DNA of 41,726 nt from a virus, in the IMG/VR virus record IMGVR_UViG_3300027911_000028, one strand, 5' to 3'. The position numbers and the translations under genes are program-made. How positions within the stretch are numbered: the first letter of the stretch is position 1; each line of letters opens with the position of its first letter. The notes under the pieces are model-generated. The model was not told the origin of the DNA and made no database searches. It saw nothing but the letters and a program-made list of their open reading frames with translations. This document shows, piece by piece, positions 7,414 to 17,356 of the stretch.

Positions 7414-8082
7414 TTATGCTCCTATTCGGAGGGCCCATGAACCTTCGTTCCAGCCCTTCATCAATGTTGATTCCACGTTCCAGCCGAAGATCGGATTCGT
7501 ATCGACAGGGAACCAGTAGTTGGCGACCCGAACACCCTCGGGTTTCAATGGTATGTATCCACCGGTGATGATCGCCTGGGTTAATGAGTCGACGATCTCT
7601 CCTACGACGATCAGGTCGTAGCTCATGTTCAAATTGTCCTGAATGAGGATGTTCAGTGTCGGGAACGCAGACTCCCAAGCCGTGTAGGCGCCATTGGTCG
7701 TGCCGTCCCACTTGTTCGCGGCGATCCTCGCTCGGATCAAGGTCCTGTATGTGTCGTCCGGCAATGTCGTGATCGTCGACGGATCGTTCGCGCCGATCCA
7801 CGTGCCGAAGTCCCATCCGACCGATGAGTCGACACCGTCCCATGAGAAGAACACGCCAGAGATGGGGATGTTCACCTGCCTCGAGACCCCGACCCATTGT
7901 CCGAGGACGTCGAGCTGGGCACCGATCGCCACGTCCAAGTCGAACTGAGGCACGATGCTCTCGAGCGTCTGTTGGAGTGAGATCAACGGATTGAGGACGG
8001 CCGAGGCCATGGCTATCAGGTCAGGCTGCTGCCGGTGCTGGGCCGCGAATAGATTTAGGTAGTCATCCAATACATAACTCAT
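7414..8082 (-). CDS. Baseplate wedge/tail protein, gpI-like (DUF2612-type), 222 aa
   Basis: It sits directly after the J-like gene with an ATGA overlap. The N-terminal YLNLFAAQHRQQPDL pattern is typical of this family. Confidence 0.6.
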   Translation of the reverse strand: MSYVLDDYLNLFAAQHRQQPDLIAMASAVLNPLISLQQTLESIVPQFDLDVAIGAQLDVLGQWVGVSRQVNIPISGVFFSWDGVDSSVGWDFGTWIGANDPSTITTLPDDTYRTLIRARIAANKWDGTTNGAYTAWESAFPTLNILIQDNLNMSYDLIVVGEIVDSLTQAIITGGYIPLKPEGVRVANYWFPVDTNPIFGWNVESTLMKGWNEGSWALRIGA

Positions 8083-9242
8083 GTGACGATGATAGTGACA
8101 TCCGATGCCGGGTCACAAGTCGGAAGATGATCGAACGCGGTCGAAATGTTGGATGTCCCTCCGTTCACCGTCATCGCGGTGATGTCGAAGGTCCCCGCTG
8201 CCGGCGTGCCGAACACGTAGGCAGGGACGAAGATCTTGGTATAGAGAACGTTGTTCCCGATCCCGATCGAATTGATGTACGAGGCGACCGACTGCTGGAT
8301 GATGGTCTCGTAGTCAGACGACCATCCGACCGTCGCGGCGATCGTGATCACGACCGAGATCGTGTCGAGCGTCGGCCTCTGGAACCTGATCGTCAGCGGC
8401 ATCCCGTGCGCATCGTAGACGAGTTGTGAAGTGCTCCCATAGGTGTTGGTTCCCGGAGTCTTGTGGACCTGGATCGCCTGGCAGATGTCGGAGATTGTCC
8501 CTCCCTCCACGACCATACAGATCGAGTGCGGAGTTATGCCGTTGCCGTCCGTCGAGTCCGAATCATTCTCGTATCCGCGAGATTGAGTGACTCCGGCGAC
8601 GTTGGCGACCGCACCTTTAGTCCCGTCGAACACAGTCAGGGATGGGTTCGCGGTAGACATCGACTGACGGATTCTGAGCTGCGCATCCGATTCGACGGCG
8701 ACTCCGACGGTGGCCGCCGCGGCGTTGTTCACGCTCTGCCATCCGAGGGTCGGAGTGAATATCCCGGTGATCGTGTTCGCAGCGGCCGACACGGCCCCAG
8801 CGACAGCCGCGGTCGCAGTGACGACGATCGATCCACCACTCGGGAACGTGGTCCCATCTGGGATGATCCACTTCTGTTGGAGGCTGTCGATCGCGACGGC
8901 CCTGTTCAGAGTCACTCCGCTCTGCCCGATGAGAGTGAGGTCCGCAGTCGAGAAGGTCGGGTCCTGCCTGGTCAATCCATTGAGCTTCACGCCCCTCGAA
9001 AGGCCGACGCCCTGGGCACCAAGTGGAGACAATGAGTTGTATGAAGCGAGTCCGTTCATGCCCGCATCGTAGAGGCCCTTCGCCAGGATCGCGAGCCATT
9101 CACCGTCCTGGGAGTCTGGACCGAGGTACACATCAGCCCCGTAAATGCCCTGGAACGAGCTCGTGATGTAGGCCAACACGGTCGGATAGTCTGATGTGTG
9201 ATATCCGTTTTGATCGATATAAAATAGATCTGAATAGCTCAT
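8079..9242 (-). CDS. Baseplate J-like protein, 387 aa
   Basis: Size, position between the W-like and I-like genes, and the N-terminal IYGADVYLGPDSQDGEWLAILA pattern of gpJ / Mu gp47-type proteins. Confidence 0.75.
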   Translation of the reverse strand: MSYSDLFYIDQNGYHTSDYPTVLAYITSSFQGIYGADVYLGPDSQDGEWLAILAKGLYDAGMNGLASYNSLSPLGAQGVGLSRGVKLNGLTRQDPTFSTADLTLIGQSGVTLNRAVAIDSLQQKWIIPDGTTFPSGGSIVVTATAAVAGAVSAAANTITGIFTPTLGWQSVNNAAAATVGVAVESDAQLRIRQSMSTANPSLTVFDGTKGAVANVAGVTQSRGYENDSDSTDGNGITPHSICMVVEGGTISDICQAIQVHKTPGTNTYGSTSQLVYDAHGMPLTIRFQRPTLDTISVVITIAATVGWSSDYETIIQQSVASYINSIGIGNNVLYTKIFVPAYVFGTPAAGTFDITAMTVNGGTSNISTAFDHLPTCDPASDVTIIVT

Positions 9243-9604
9243 GTGTTCACCTGGTTTTGGAGTTGGATTGTGGTCTGACCATAGAGGGTGTCGATCGTCG
9301 TCGTCACGCTGATCTGCCTGGTGTCTGGGTCGATCGTGCTCGTGTAGTCGACGATGCCGGTCACGCCCTGGGCACTCAGGATCCTATCCTGGATTGTTCT
9401 GTCCGCGAGCTGCTTCGAGTGGAACCCGAAGATGGATTGGAAGAATGGGGTCCCGGTCGTGAGATCGAGGAACCACTCACCGAGGAATAGTTGAAAAACC
9501 GTGCTCGCGACCTGGCCAGGTCCGGCGGGAACATCCTTGTAGAAGTCGAGCTGTGAGTTGCCGAAAGAGTAGTCACCGCTCGCGGTTTGCTTCCTGACTC
9601 TCAA
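9239..9604 (-). CDS. Baseplate wedge protein, gpW/gp25-like, 121 aa
   Basis: TTG 9604 sits after AAGGAGGAAAC. Size and position between the spike and J genes fit. Carries a FLGEWFLDLTTG motif. Confidence 0.6.
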   Translation of the reverse strand: MRVRKQTASGDYSFGNSQLDFYKDVPAGPGQVASTVFQLFLGEWFLDLTTGTPFFQSIFGFHSKQLADRTIQDRILSAQGVTGIVDYTSTIDPDTRQISVTTTIDTLYGQTTIQLQNQVNT

Positions 9605-9621
9605 AGTTTCCTCCTTTTTAT

Positions 9622-10308
9622 TTACGGATTCGGGATCCCGGTTGTTCCTGGCGCAGTGGTCACAGGATGAGTATGCGTCGAAAGCTCGATCGGTGTCGAA
9701 TTCTTCTTAGCGGTCACCTCGCCGTCGGCGTCCACCTTGCCCGTCACAGTCACATCGCCGGTGATCTGGACCGACGTCGCGACCAGCTTGATGTTACCGT
9801 CATGCGTGAGCGCGATGTATGTCGATCGATCCGTCGAGCGGAGCTCGGCGTCCGTCGTCGAGATGCTGGACAGCTTGTTCGGTTGTGACTTGATGCCGAT
9901 CAGCGCGAAGCCGTCGGAGAGGTCGTGCATCCTGGGCTCGAGGGGCTGCTGAGGAGTGACTTGTCCGTTCGAGACGGCGCCGCTCTGCCACCATCCATCT
10001 ATGCACCGTGAAGAGAACACGATCAGGACCTCGTCGTTCACCTTGATCGGCATCGTCAGCGCGAATCCGGCGACCTGTGGCCACATGATGGGGACGTGGA
10101 TCAACGGAGGAAGATTCACGTATTGAGTCGTCCCATCCTCATTTGTGATCTGACCCTGGATCGCCGGCTGAGCCGTCAACGTGTTCTCAGTGAAGTCTAT
10201 CGCCGTCACCACCGCGGGGATGCATGTCCACAAACCACTCTGTAGACTCGCGAGGGCCGTCCGCTGAGCAGTCTCCGGGTCGTTGTACCACTCTTCCCTG
10301 TTGATCAT
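9622..10308 (-). CDS. Baseplate central spike, gpV / Mu gp45 / gp138-N-like, 228 aa
   Basis: The N-terminal OB-like region has IPAVVTAIDF. The C-terminal beta-helix (ITGDVTVTGKVDADGEVT) ends in STHTHP, a His-x-His apex motif. Confidence 0.7.
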   Translation of the reverse strand: MINREEWYNDPETAQRTALASLQSGLWTCIPAVVTAIDFTENTLTAQPAIQGQITNEDGTTQYVNLPPLIHVPIMWPQVAGFALTMPIKVNDEVLIVFSSRCIDGWWQSGAVSNGQVTPQQPLEPRMHDLSDGFALIGIKSQPNKLSSISTTDAELRSTDRSTYIALTHDGNIKLVATSVQITGDVTVTGKVDADGEVTAKKNSTPIELSTHTHPVTTAPGTTGIPNP

Positions 10309-11255
10309 GGGTTACCCACTGAGTTTGCCGGGTTCGTCCCTGGCGAAACGGTCGTGCATATTAGGCTCGTGTACCACTCTGTCCCCCTGGTGTCCCCGCT
10401 GTGTTCCGCCGCGAAAGCGTAGTAGATCCCATCGTCGTTCAGCTGAGCGGGAGTGAGCTGCCTGAGGTTCGAAATAGAGTCCTTCGTGGCGACGTTGACG
10501 TTGAGATTGATCTTCATCCCCTGGATCGACGAGTTGTTCAATTGGACCCTGGTCCCCATCTTGAACTTCGGGTTGAGCAGTGTCTTCAGGTTCACGCCGA
10601 TGTTCGTCTGCTGTGGTGATCCGATGAGGCCGGTCGATGAGTTGATGACCACTGCCTGATCCGGCAGGTACGAGGTCAACGAAACGAACGTGACCTGCTC
10701 GTTCTGTATCGACCACGTCTTGTCTGTGGTGTCTGCCGCGTTCTGGAGATACTTCTTCGCCGGACCATACATGACCTTTCCCCTCGGCAATTGCTGAGTC
10801 GGGAAGTCGCCGAGGTGCCCGGCGGTCACGTCCTTCTTCGCCATCTGTGCGATAGATGCTTGGACCTGGTCGAGCGAGGTGGACCCCTTAGCGAGAGTCT
10901 GGTTCACGATTGCGAAATTATAGGCGCGATCACCATCACCGGCGATGATGTCGATGAACGTGTCGGTCGCCGACTCCCTCCCGATGATGACCTGGTAGAT
11001 GTTCCCTTTGAATATGACCCCGAAGTTCGATTGGTAGCCAGCCTGAAGGATGACCTTCTTGAACTCCTTCTTGATCTTCTGTGCCGTCTCGTTTTCGAGG
11101 TTGTAGACCCGGATGTCCGCCGTGTTCGGTGTCGCTCCGTCCGTCTGCTTCGTCGAGAACTTGATCCTGAATTGCGACAGATCGAGGGACTCCTGCGATG
11201 CCGTGCCGGGCGAAATGATCAATGAGATAGCCCTGAGGTACTGCTGATCAGACAT
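10305..11255 (-). CDS. Baseplate hub protein, gpD / gp27 / Mu gp44-like, 316 aa
   Basis: Position upstream of the spike, size, and the ADIRVYNL...VILQAGY...IFKGNI pattern. Confidence 0.6.
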   Translation of the reverse strand: MSDQQYLRAISLIISPGTASQESLDLSQFRIKFSTKQTDGATPNTADIRVYNLENETAQKIKKEFKKVILQAGYQSNFGVIFKGNIYQVIIGRESATDTFIDIIAGDGDRAYNFAIVNQTLAKGSTSLDQVQASIAQMAKKDVTAGHLGDFPTQQLPRGKVMYGPAKKYLQNAADTTDKTWSIQNEQVTFVSLTSYLPDQAVVINSSTGLIGSPQQTNIGVNLKTLLNPKFKMGTRVQLNNSSIQGMKINLNVNVATKDSISNLRQLTPAQLNDDGIYYAFAAEHSGDTRGTEWYTSLICTTVSPGTNPANSVGNP

Positions 11256-11569
11256 CAGTCGACCTCGAAGTAAACATGGGATTCCGTCCCCAGGTTGTCG
11301 TAGGTCGGCGGTGCCGCGAGGTCACCGTCGGTCGCCGCGAACATCGATCCAGTGAAACCCAGGTAGGCGATGTTTTCGAATAGGTTCACTCCGGTGACGA
11401 TCGGTATCCCGGCGACAATGGAGAGCCCAGTCAATGGGTCTGAGAAATCGAGCACCCATCCACCCTCGAGGGCATCGCACCAATAAAGGGTGAGGACGTA
11501 GTTCGTCGCTCCGAGCGCGATCTGGAACTGCTGTGGGGCAGCCGTCAATGGGACTTCGAAGACCATCAT
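11255..11569 (-). CDS. Conserved tail/baseplate-associated protein, 104 aa
   Basis: Tightly coupled (TGATG and ATGA overlaps) between the tape-measure-proximal gene and the hub. No named motif. Confidence 0.6.
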   Translation of the reverse strand: MMVFEVPLTAAPQQFQIALGATNYVLTLYWCDALEGGWVLDFSDPLTGLSIVAGIPIVTGVNLFENIAYLGFTGSMFAATDGDLAAPPTYDNLGTESHVYFEVD

Positions 11570-12132
11570 CCGCCCCCGATTTTAGAAATGGTTTGTTGCA
11601 AGTTGCCGCCGAACAATGTCGAAAGGATCGATTTATTTCCGACCTTCTTGGTTGGCTGAGTCACCTTCGGTGAGGCCTGATTCATTGGATCTATCGACAC
11701 CGTCGAGATGCTGACGATGAGGATCTCCTGGAAGCTGAGGTTGAGCGCCAAGATGTTCTCGGTGTTCTTGTCTGTCGTGAGTCCGATCACGGCCAAAAGC
11801 ATGTTGTCGTACGTCCTCTTCGGTGTCTTTACGGTGAATGGGACTCGTGAGCTCTGGAGGTCGAGGAGGCTCTGGTACAGCTGAGCGAGCCCATCTGTCC
11901 CCGAGAATGCCGAGAGACCAGAGTTCTGCATAAGGATCGTCATGCTGAGGACCGTGGGCTCCTGGAATGCGTGGTCCGTGATCGAGGCGCCATCCTGGAT
12001 TGGTTGCTTCGTGATCGTCAGCGTGTCGTTCGTCTCTTCCTTGTTCGTCACGTACCCGGTGAACTCTCCGAACTGGCGAGTCTTCCCGAAGATCAATGCG
12101 CTGATGGAGATCGGCTGGCCTATGAAGCTCAC
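11566..12132 (-). CDS. Tail/baseplate protein immediately after the tape measure, 188 aa (distal-tail/initiator-like position)
   Basis: ATGA overlaps on both sides; assigned by synteny only. Confidence 0.55.
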   Translation of the reverse strand: MSFIGQPISISALIFGKTRQFGEFTGYVTNKEETNDTLTITKQPIQDGASITDHAFQEPTVLSMTILMQNSGLSAFSGTDGLAQLYQSLLDLQSSRVPFTVKTPKRTYDNMLLAVIGLTTDKNTENILALNLSFQEILIVSISTVSIDPMNQASPKVTQPTKKVGNKSILSTLFGGNLQQTISKIGGG

Positions 12133-13505
12133 TGAGCCACCGTCCTGAAGTTCCTGACCGTGCTGCGATTGACGGCGTTCTGCTGGTTGGCCACGGCCTT
12201 GCCTGTCGCCTGGGCGTCAGCGCTGCCGAGGACCGTGATGTTCGTCTGCGCGTTCAGGTTCTGGTTCGTCGTCGGTGCGGCGACGTTCGGGTTCAGCGCC
12301 GGCTTGTCCGAGAACAATGACCCGCTCCGATTCACGTCGACCTGTCCGGCCCCGAACACCGATGCGATGCTGTTCAATCCGATCACGCCGAGCTTCAGGG
12401 CAGCCTCGACCAATGACCCGACCATCTGAACGATCCCACCGACGATCTCGAGGATCCCCCTCAAGACGCCCCTGAGGTTCTCGAAGAAAGCGAGGAAGTC
12501 ACCGCGGATCAGGGATTGGAACGCGAGCACCAAGTTTCCGATGACGTCGATGATCCCCTCGATCGTGTGCCTGAACCCCTGCCACGTGGCGAGGAACGAG
12601 TCGAGCACATCCATCTTCATGAACAGGCTCGCGAACGTAGTGACGAGCGTCTTCACCGATTCGATCACGAGGTTGATCAGAGGCATGAATGCCTCGAGGG
12701 TCATCATCACCTGGTCGAACCCATCCTTGACCTTAGCCAAGGCGACGATCACACCGGACCAATCGAAGAAGGATTCACCACCCTCCTGGAACGTCTTGAA
12801 GTCATCGTAAAGCGCGATGATCGCGACGAGTCCGGCGAAGATCATGCCCAGAGGGCTGGCTAGGAAGGCGAGGTTCAGCGCCTGCCATGCGACGACGAGT
12901 CCCATGATCACCGTCGACCACCCGGATGTCGCCTCATGAAGTTTCGCGAAGAAGTCCCAGATGCGACCGAGGATCGACCAGACTCTCGTCCCGAATAGGA
13001 TCAGGGCGTCGAACGCCTGGAACATGATCTTCACGAACTTCTCGAAGAAGCGCTGGATCTTCGGCATGTTGTCGTAGATCTTTTTCCGGAACAGATCCAT
13101 CTGCTGCGTCAGCAACGGGAAGAACTTCGATGCGACGGATACGTAGATCGCCTTGAGGGCGTACTTGGTCTTCTCCATCGCGAGGTTGAACATGATCGCC
13201 TGCTGGGCCGCCTTGCGGAGGTCTACGCCGGCCGCTGAGTACGCCTTGAGGAGCTCCTGACGGAGATACATCATGCGATTGATCGATGGGGCGATGAGCC
13301 TGAGCTGATAACCGAGCTCCTCCACGGATCCGGCCGCCTTAGAGATGCCGTAGAAAATACCGACGCCGGCCGCGGTCATGGCAGCATAGAGGGCCCCGAC
13401 TCGTTTCGTGGCGCTGATGAGGCCCTGATTGAAATCACTGAATGACTTCTTGTCGATCTCGAAACCAAGACTGACTAGGAATTCCTTGATGACGTCGCCG
13501 GTCAC
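12129..13505 (-). CDS. Tail tape measure protein, 458 aa
   Basis: Position after the chaperone pair. Long helical sequence with hydrophobic segments (WSTVIMGLVVAWQALNLAFLASPLGMIFAGLVAIIALY). Confidence 0.85.
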   Translation of the reverse strand: MTGDVIKEFLVSLGFEIDKKSFSDFNQGLISATKRVGALYAAMTAAGVGIFYGISKAAGSVEELGYQLRLIAPSINRMMYLRQELLKAYSAAGVDLRKAAQQAIMFNLAMEKTKYALKAIYVSVASKFFPLLTQQMDLFRKKIYDNMPKIQRFFEKFVKIMFQAFDALILFGTRVWSILGRIWDFFAKLHEATSGWSTVIMGLVVAWQALNLAFLASPLGMIFAGLVAIIALYDDFKTFQEGGESFFDWSGVIVALAKVKDGFDQVMMTLEAFMPLINLVIESVKTLVTTFASLFMKMDVLDSFLATWQGFRHTIEGIIDVIGNLVLAFQSLIRGDFLAFFENLRGVLRGILEIVGGIVQMVGSLVEAALKLGVIGLNSIASVFGAGQVDVNRSGSLFSDKPALNPNVAAPTTNQNLNAQTNITVLGSADAQATGKAVANQQNAVNRSTVRNFRTVAQ

Positions 13506-14109
13506 TCGTTCGCCTCCCTGTAGAGAATCTCGTTCGTCTGTTCGACATCTAGATACTCGTTCATGATCGAGACGTCTTCAAGTCCAAGAGTTCCGTCCAC
13601 GAGGGATTCGTAGCGGCACATCCCGGCCCGGCACGGTCTGAGAACCCACTCCTCGCCTTCACCCATCGAGGCCCATTGGACCTCGCGCTTGGTGCTTATT
13701 GACCGTGTTTTACTTGCGGGAGCGCGGTGAAAAAACCTTGCAGGTTGTACATGAAAGCACGTCCTGCGCAGTGGAGCAATGTTGGGAGCTCGAGGGAGTC
13801 GAACATGATCACCTGGTCGGATGCGATGCGCGCCCATCCCTTGTCCTGCTTGATCTCCACGGATTGCAGGAGAGAGAGGAGGACCTTGTTCGCGTCCTCG
13901 TCGGACAGGCGAGAGAACGCGCTGATGACCGGTGAGAACTCCCCGAAGTCATCGGGGGTGAGCCCATCGGCCTTCTTCCCGATCTTCGAGAGGACTGGGA
14001 AGAGCTCAGACAAGACCGGCGTCATCCGACGCACGATCTGGAACTGCTTCAGGGCATTGATCTTGGAGAGCTTGAATGTGTGCCCTCCCGTTGAGAATTC
14101 ATTTTCCAT
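13502..14109 (-). CDS. Tail assembly chaperone -1 frameshift fusion product, G-T type
   Basis: The -1 frame stays open from the slippery site to 13502 (FFHRAPASK...EILYREANE). It ends in an ATGA overlap with the tape measure start. Confidence 0.7.
13696..14109 (-). CDS. Tail assembly chaperone, G-type, 137 aa
   Basis: Located between the tube and tape measure genes. AAGGAA lies upstream of ATG 14109. A slippery heptamer lies 11 codons before its stop. Confidence 0.8.
   Translation of the reverse strand: MENEFSTGGHTFKLSKINALKQFQIVRRMTPVLSELFPVLSKIGKKADGLTPDDFGEFSPVISAFSRLSDEDANKVLLSLLQSVEIKQDKGWARIASDQVIMFDSLELPTLLHCAGRAFMYNLQGFFTALPQVKHGQ
13729..13735 (-). promoter_or_regulatory. Programmed -1 ribosomal frameshift slippery heptamer T_TTT_TTC
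   Basis: The minus strand reads GGT TTT TTC in the zero frame of the G ORF, which is X_XXY_YYZ-compliant. The -1 ORF phase was checked from the coordinates. Confidence 0.7.
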
Positions 14110-14133
14110 GGATTCATTCCTTTGTTGTCAGTG

Positions 14134-14574
14134 CTATCCGGCACCCAGGATCACGTCCCCTTTGATGACGTCGAAGGTCCATTCCATCATCCCGCCCTCT
14201 TTGGCGTAGGTGACAGTTGGTTGCTTCGAGAACGCGCATGCTTGGAGGATGATCAAGTCCCCGCGGACTGGGTCCGTCGTGGTGATCACGTTCGCCCCAT
14301 GCAGGGCGGAGCTCGCGGTCTGGATGTTGTACATCAATTGAAGCTGGTTGTTCACCGGTGAAGTCTTGAGCAATCGCACGGTCACCTTCTTGGCGTCGGA
14401 CGCCACGAGTGAGTGCATACCGCTGCCGTCGGCACCGATGGTCATGATGTTCTTGTCCTCGTGAGCCTCGATGGTGATCCCCTCTTCGGCCGCCTGCGCA
14501 CCCGAGGCCATGTTGAATGAACCGCCGGGTCCGAGGATGGTGCAGTTTACGTTCAAAAAAGAATATACGCCCAT
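14134..14574 (-). CDS. Tail tube protein, DUF3277-type, 146 aa
   Basis: Directly downstream of the sheath gene. Size and the MGVYSFLNVNCTILGPGGSF N-terminus are typical of this tube family. Confidence 0.75.
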   Translation of the reverse strand: MGVYSFLNVNCTILGPGGSFNMASGAQAAEEGITIEAHEDKNIMTIGADGSGMHSLVASDAKKVTVRLLKTSPVNNQLQLMYNIQTASSALHGANVITTTDPVRGDLIILQACAFSKQPTVTYAKEGGMMEWTFDVIKGDVILGAG

Positions 14575-14588
14575 TGTCTATCCCCTCC

Positions 14589-16061
14589 CTATCGGTTGAC
14601 GTCGATGATGACGTTAACTTGTTGGATCGCTCCGGCCAGTTTGATCGCCACCTGGATCGGGGGCGCGATGCGCGCCTCGCGGTCAGCCTGCGATTGGAGG
14701 GCGATCGGTTGTGCATAGATGTAGTAACCGGTCTTCAGGAACGAGCCGGTCGTCAACTGACCGAACGTCGCGGTCGAAGTCCATGTCCCGGGGGCGACAA
14801 TGCCGTTCGTCACGGCCTGCGCGCACACCTGTGAGATCGCGTTCACGAGCTGGTTCATGCCCTGATCGGTCTGCGGGATCTTCGTCGGTGATGTATAAAG
14901 GAGGTTGTAGCACGCGTTCTGGACGGCGTCCTGCAACCAGTCCGTGTCGTGGATCTCGTCGAACCACGCTGGTCCCGACATGACTCCGTACTGGATGATG
15001 TTCGTGTTGTTCACGTACTGGGTGAAGACGTTGCAGCGCTTCGACTGGAGCGTGTTCGCCTGGGTCGTCGTCAGGTTCTCGGCCGCGACCGAAGGCTCCT
15101 GCTTGAACATCATCGTGATCACGGTGTTGTTCCCTGTGAAATCGACGGTGAACGCCCGACCGAAGTACGATGCGATCGCGTACTGATTGAGAGAGTACTG
15201 GCAAAAGCTTCGCAGGTAACCAGCGGCCATCTGACGGCTCGCCAGGTCCGTGGTGTTCGACGAGTCAAGCACGCCCGGGTCGATGATCGTCACGCCATAG
15301 ATGCGTCGGATGTCGACGGCCTCGATGAACGACGACACCGCGATTGACTGGTCGTCGGTCGGCTGGACTGATGCCGAGAACATGAGCCCGTACCACAGGG
15401 TCGACATGTCCGAGAGGATCGATGCGCACTGGACTGGAGTCTCCGCCGCGTACCCAGAGACGAGTCTCGCGCCGGTCGCCGCCGTGAGCTTCAGGATCGC
15501 CGAGATGTCAGTTCCGGAGCTCGATGACTGCGCGAAGCTGATCGCCGATGATGTGCCGGTCGAGCTGCTCGTGATCGTGAACTTGGATCCGTCCCATGTG
15601 CACGTGGCCCCTGTCAGGCCAGCCGTCACGATGGTCGCGACCCCATTGAGGTTCGTCGCGCCCGAGAAGTTCAGGCTCGCGATCGTGTAGAGGGTCCCGT
15701 CCACGCTGATCTTGAATGATCCGTTAGTGATGACGGTGAAGTTTGAGAGCATCTGCTGTGTCGCCGTCAATACTCCACCGATGTTCAGCCCGGCGGATGC
15801 CGTGCGGATCCATCGACCGATCATCAGGGTGGTGGGGGTAGGTGACTGGCCAAAATAGAGCTGAGCCGCATAATACTCCGGAGCACTGGTCCCGAAGTCC
15901 AGCGCCACGCCGCTGATGGATGAGTACGTCCGGAACCTCTGCGAGCCGTCGATCACGTTGGAGTCGCCGGCGATCATCAGCACGCCGAACGATCGCGTGG
16001 GCGCCGCCAAGGGCGAGAGGTTCACGATCACGTTCACAAGTCTCGATACGGGGAGTGACAT
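14589..16061 (-). CDS. Contractile tail sheath protein, DUF3383-type, 490 aa
   Basis: The MSLPVSRLVNVIVNLSPLAA N-terminus is characteristic of DUF3383 sheath proteins; position upstream of the tube gene. Confidence 0.8.
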   Translation of the reverse strand: MSLPVSRLVNVIVNLSPLAAPTRSFGVLMIAGDSNVIDGSQRFRTYSSISGVALDFGTSAPEYYAAQLYFGQSPTPTTLMIGRWIRTASAGLNIGGVLTATQQMLSNFTVITNGSFKISVDGTLYTIASLNFSGATNLNGVATIVTAGLTGATCTWDGSKFTITSSSTGTSSAISFAQSSSSGTDISAILKLTAATGARLVSGYAAETPVQCASILSDMSTLWYGLMFSASVQPTDDQSIAVSSFIEAVDIRRIYGVTIIDPGVLDSSNTTDLASRQMAAGYLRSFCQYSLNQYAIASYFGRAFTVDFTGNNTVITMMFKQEPSVAAENLTTTQANTLQSKRCNVFTQYVNNTNIIQYGVMSGPAWFDEIHDTDWLQDAVQNACYNLLYTSPTKIPQTDQGMNQLVNAISQVCAQAVTNGIVAPGTWTSTATFGQLTTGSFLKTGYYIYAQPIALQSQADREARIAPPIQVAIKLAGAIQQVNVIIDVNR

Positions 16062-16062
16062 G

Positions 16063-16410
16063 CTATTGTCCTTTCAAAATGAGTGTGATTGTTCGGTCAG
16101 CGCCCTCAGCCGAACCCGCGACGAGCTCGATGAAGTTAACTCCCTGGAGGTCGGTCGGTGGAATCACCACGTACCGTGATGCGGCCACCGTATAGCTGAT
16201 CTGGGTTCCCGTGGGACCGTAGACTGGGACGTAGGTCCCTGCCAGCGAATCGGACGCGTTGATCTTCATCGCCGTCGACGTGAGTGCCGACGGGAGTATC
16301 ATCCCGACGAGCGTGAACCCACCGATGTCGAACGCAGCACTCGTCGTCTGTCCGTTCGGGATCACGACGGTGGTAGAGATCAGATTCCCAGCGTACCCTG
16401 ACTTGTTCAT
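16063..16410 (-). CDS. Hypothetical virion protein, 115 aa
   Basis: ATG 16410 is in an ATGA overlap with the upstream gene. The longer track ORF extends into an Arg-rich out-of-frame region. Confidence 0.6.
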   Translation of the reverse strand: MNKSGYAGNLISTTVVIPNGQTTSAAFDIGGFTLVGMILPSALTSTAMKINASDSLAGTYVPVYGPTGTQISYTVAASRYVVIPPTDLQGVNFIELVAGSAEGADRTITLILKGQ

Positions 16411-16991
16411 GATGGCTCCACGGTGAAGTTTGAGTTGTACTCGGCGCCTTCGGTAACAGTATGGATAGTTCCTTGGGCCGATGCAAATGGCAAGATTTGG
16501 TAGGTCCTGACGACCTTTCTCGCGAGCGTCACGGTGACGTCGTACCTGTCGACCCACCTCTCGTTCACGAGCTCCGGTGCGCGAGTCGGGAACCCGCACG
16601 CCGTGAACCCCATGTCGGCCGCGGTCAGCGCCTCGAGGTTTTGTGTCACCTGGAACCCGTCCACGAACGCAGAGACGTTGTCGCCCGAGTTCGGGCCGTA
16701 GAATGAGCAGACGACGTTGATCGCCTCCTGCCTCGACAGTTGCGTGACGTCGAACTCATTCATGCCGACGTACGCGTTCGCGTCCTGCGCGATGATCTGG
16801 ATGTTGAAGGCTATCCAATCGACGAGGACGTCCGGCTGCTTTGGTGGTTCCACCTGGTAGGATGGCCTCACCGAAGAAGCAGGGTATCCCGAGATGCCGA
16901 CGATCACGGTCTGGATGAATTGAGCGAGCGTGAGTCCACCCGGCAACGGAGTGAGCGTGGATGGTAGGTATCCTCCTGTGGCCGAGCTCAT
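16407..16991 (-). CDS. Neck/tail terminator-like protein, 194 aa
   Basis: ATG 16991 is in an ATGA overlap. The LTLAQFIQTVIVGISGY...VRPSYQVEPPKQP pattern is seen in neck/terminator proteins of this phage type. Confidence 0.55.
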   Translation of the reverse strand: MSSATGGYLPSTLTPLPGGLTLAQFIQTVIVGISGYPASSVRPSYQVEPPKQPDVLVDWIAFNIQIIAQDANAYVGMNEFDVTQLSRQEAINVVCSFYGPNSGDNVSAFVDGFQVTQNLEALTAADMGFTACGFPTRAPELVNERWVDRYDVTVTLARKVVRTYQILPFASAQGTIHTVTEGAEYNSNFTVEPS

Positions 16992-17356
16992 GACGGAGCC
17001 TGCCTGACTGCGATCGCCTCGCACCATCCGCCACCATAGTTGAGCCATGGCGCCGACGTTTGGACCTCGTACCTCTGATTCTGAAACAAGATGATGTCCG
17101 GGTACGCTGAAGTTTTGTCTTGGAGGATCTCGATCTTGATGAAGAACGACCTCACGTCAGCCATCCTGAGCGCCTCCGGCAACCTTTGGAGCTGCTTGAA
17201 GTTCGCCGGCTGAACGGAGCAGATCGTGTTGATCTGCTGAGGTTCCGAGACGATGTTCTCACCGTAGTCGTTCACCGAGGTCGTGCGACGAATGATCGTC
17301 GTCGGGTCCACGAAGTCAGGGTCCAGCAGGAGATCGGAGACATCAAGCTGTGCCAT
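16988..17356 (-). CDS. Head-tail adaptor/head closure-like protein, 122 aa
   Basis: ATG 17356 sits after AGGAGCAAAA; assigned by synteny between the gp10-like and terminator-like genes. Confidence 0.5.
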   Translation of the reverse strand: MAQLDVSDLLLDPDFVDPTTIIRRTTSVNDYGENIVSEPQQINTICSVQPANFKQLQRLPEALRMADVRSFFIKIEILQDKTSAYPDIILFQNQRYEVQTSAPWLNYGGGWCEAIAVRQAPS

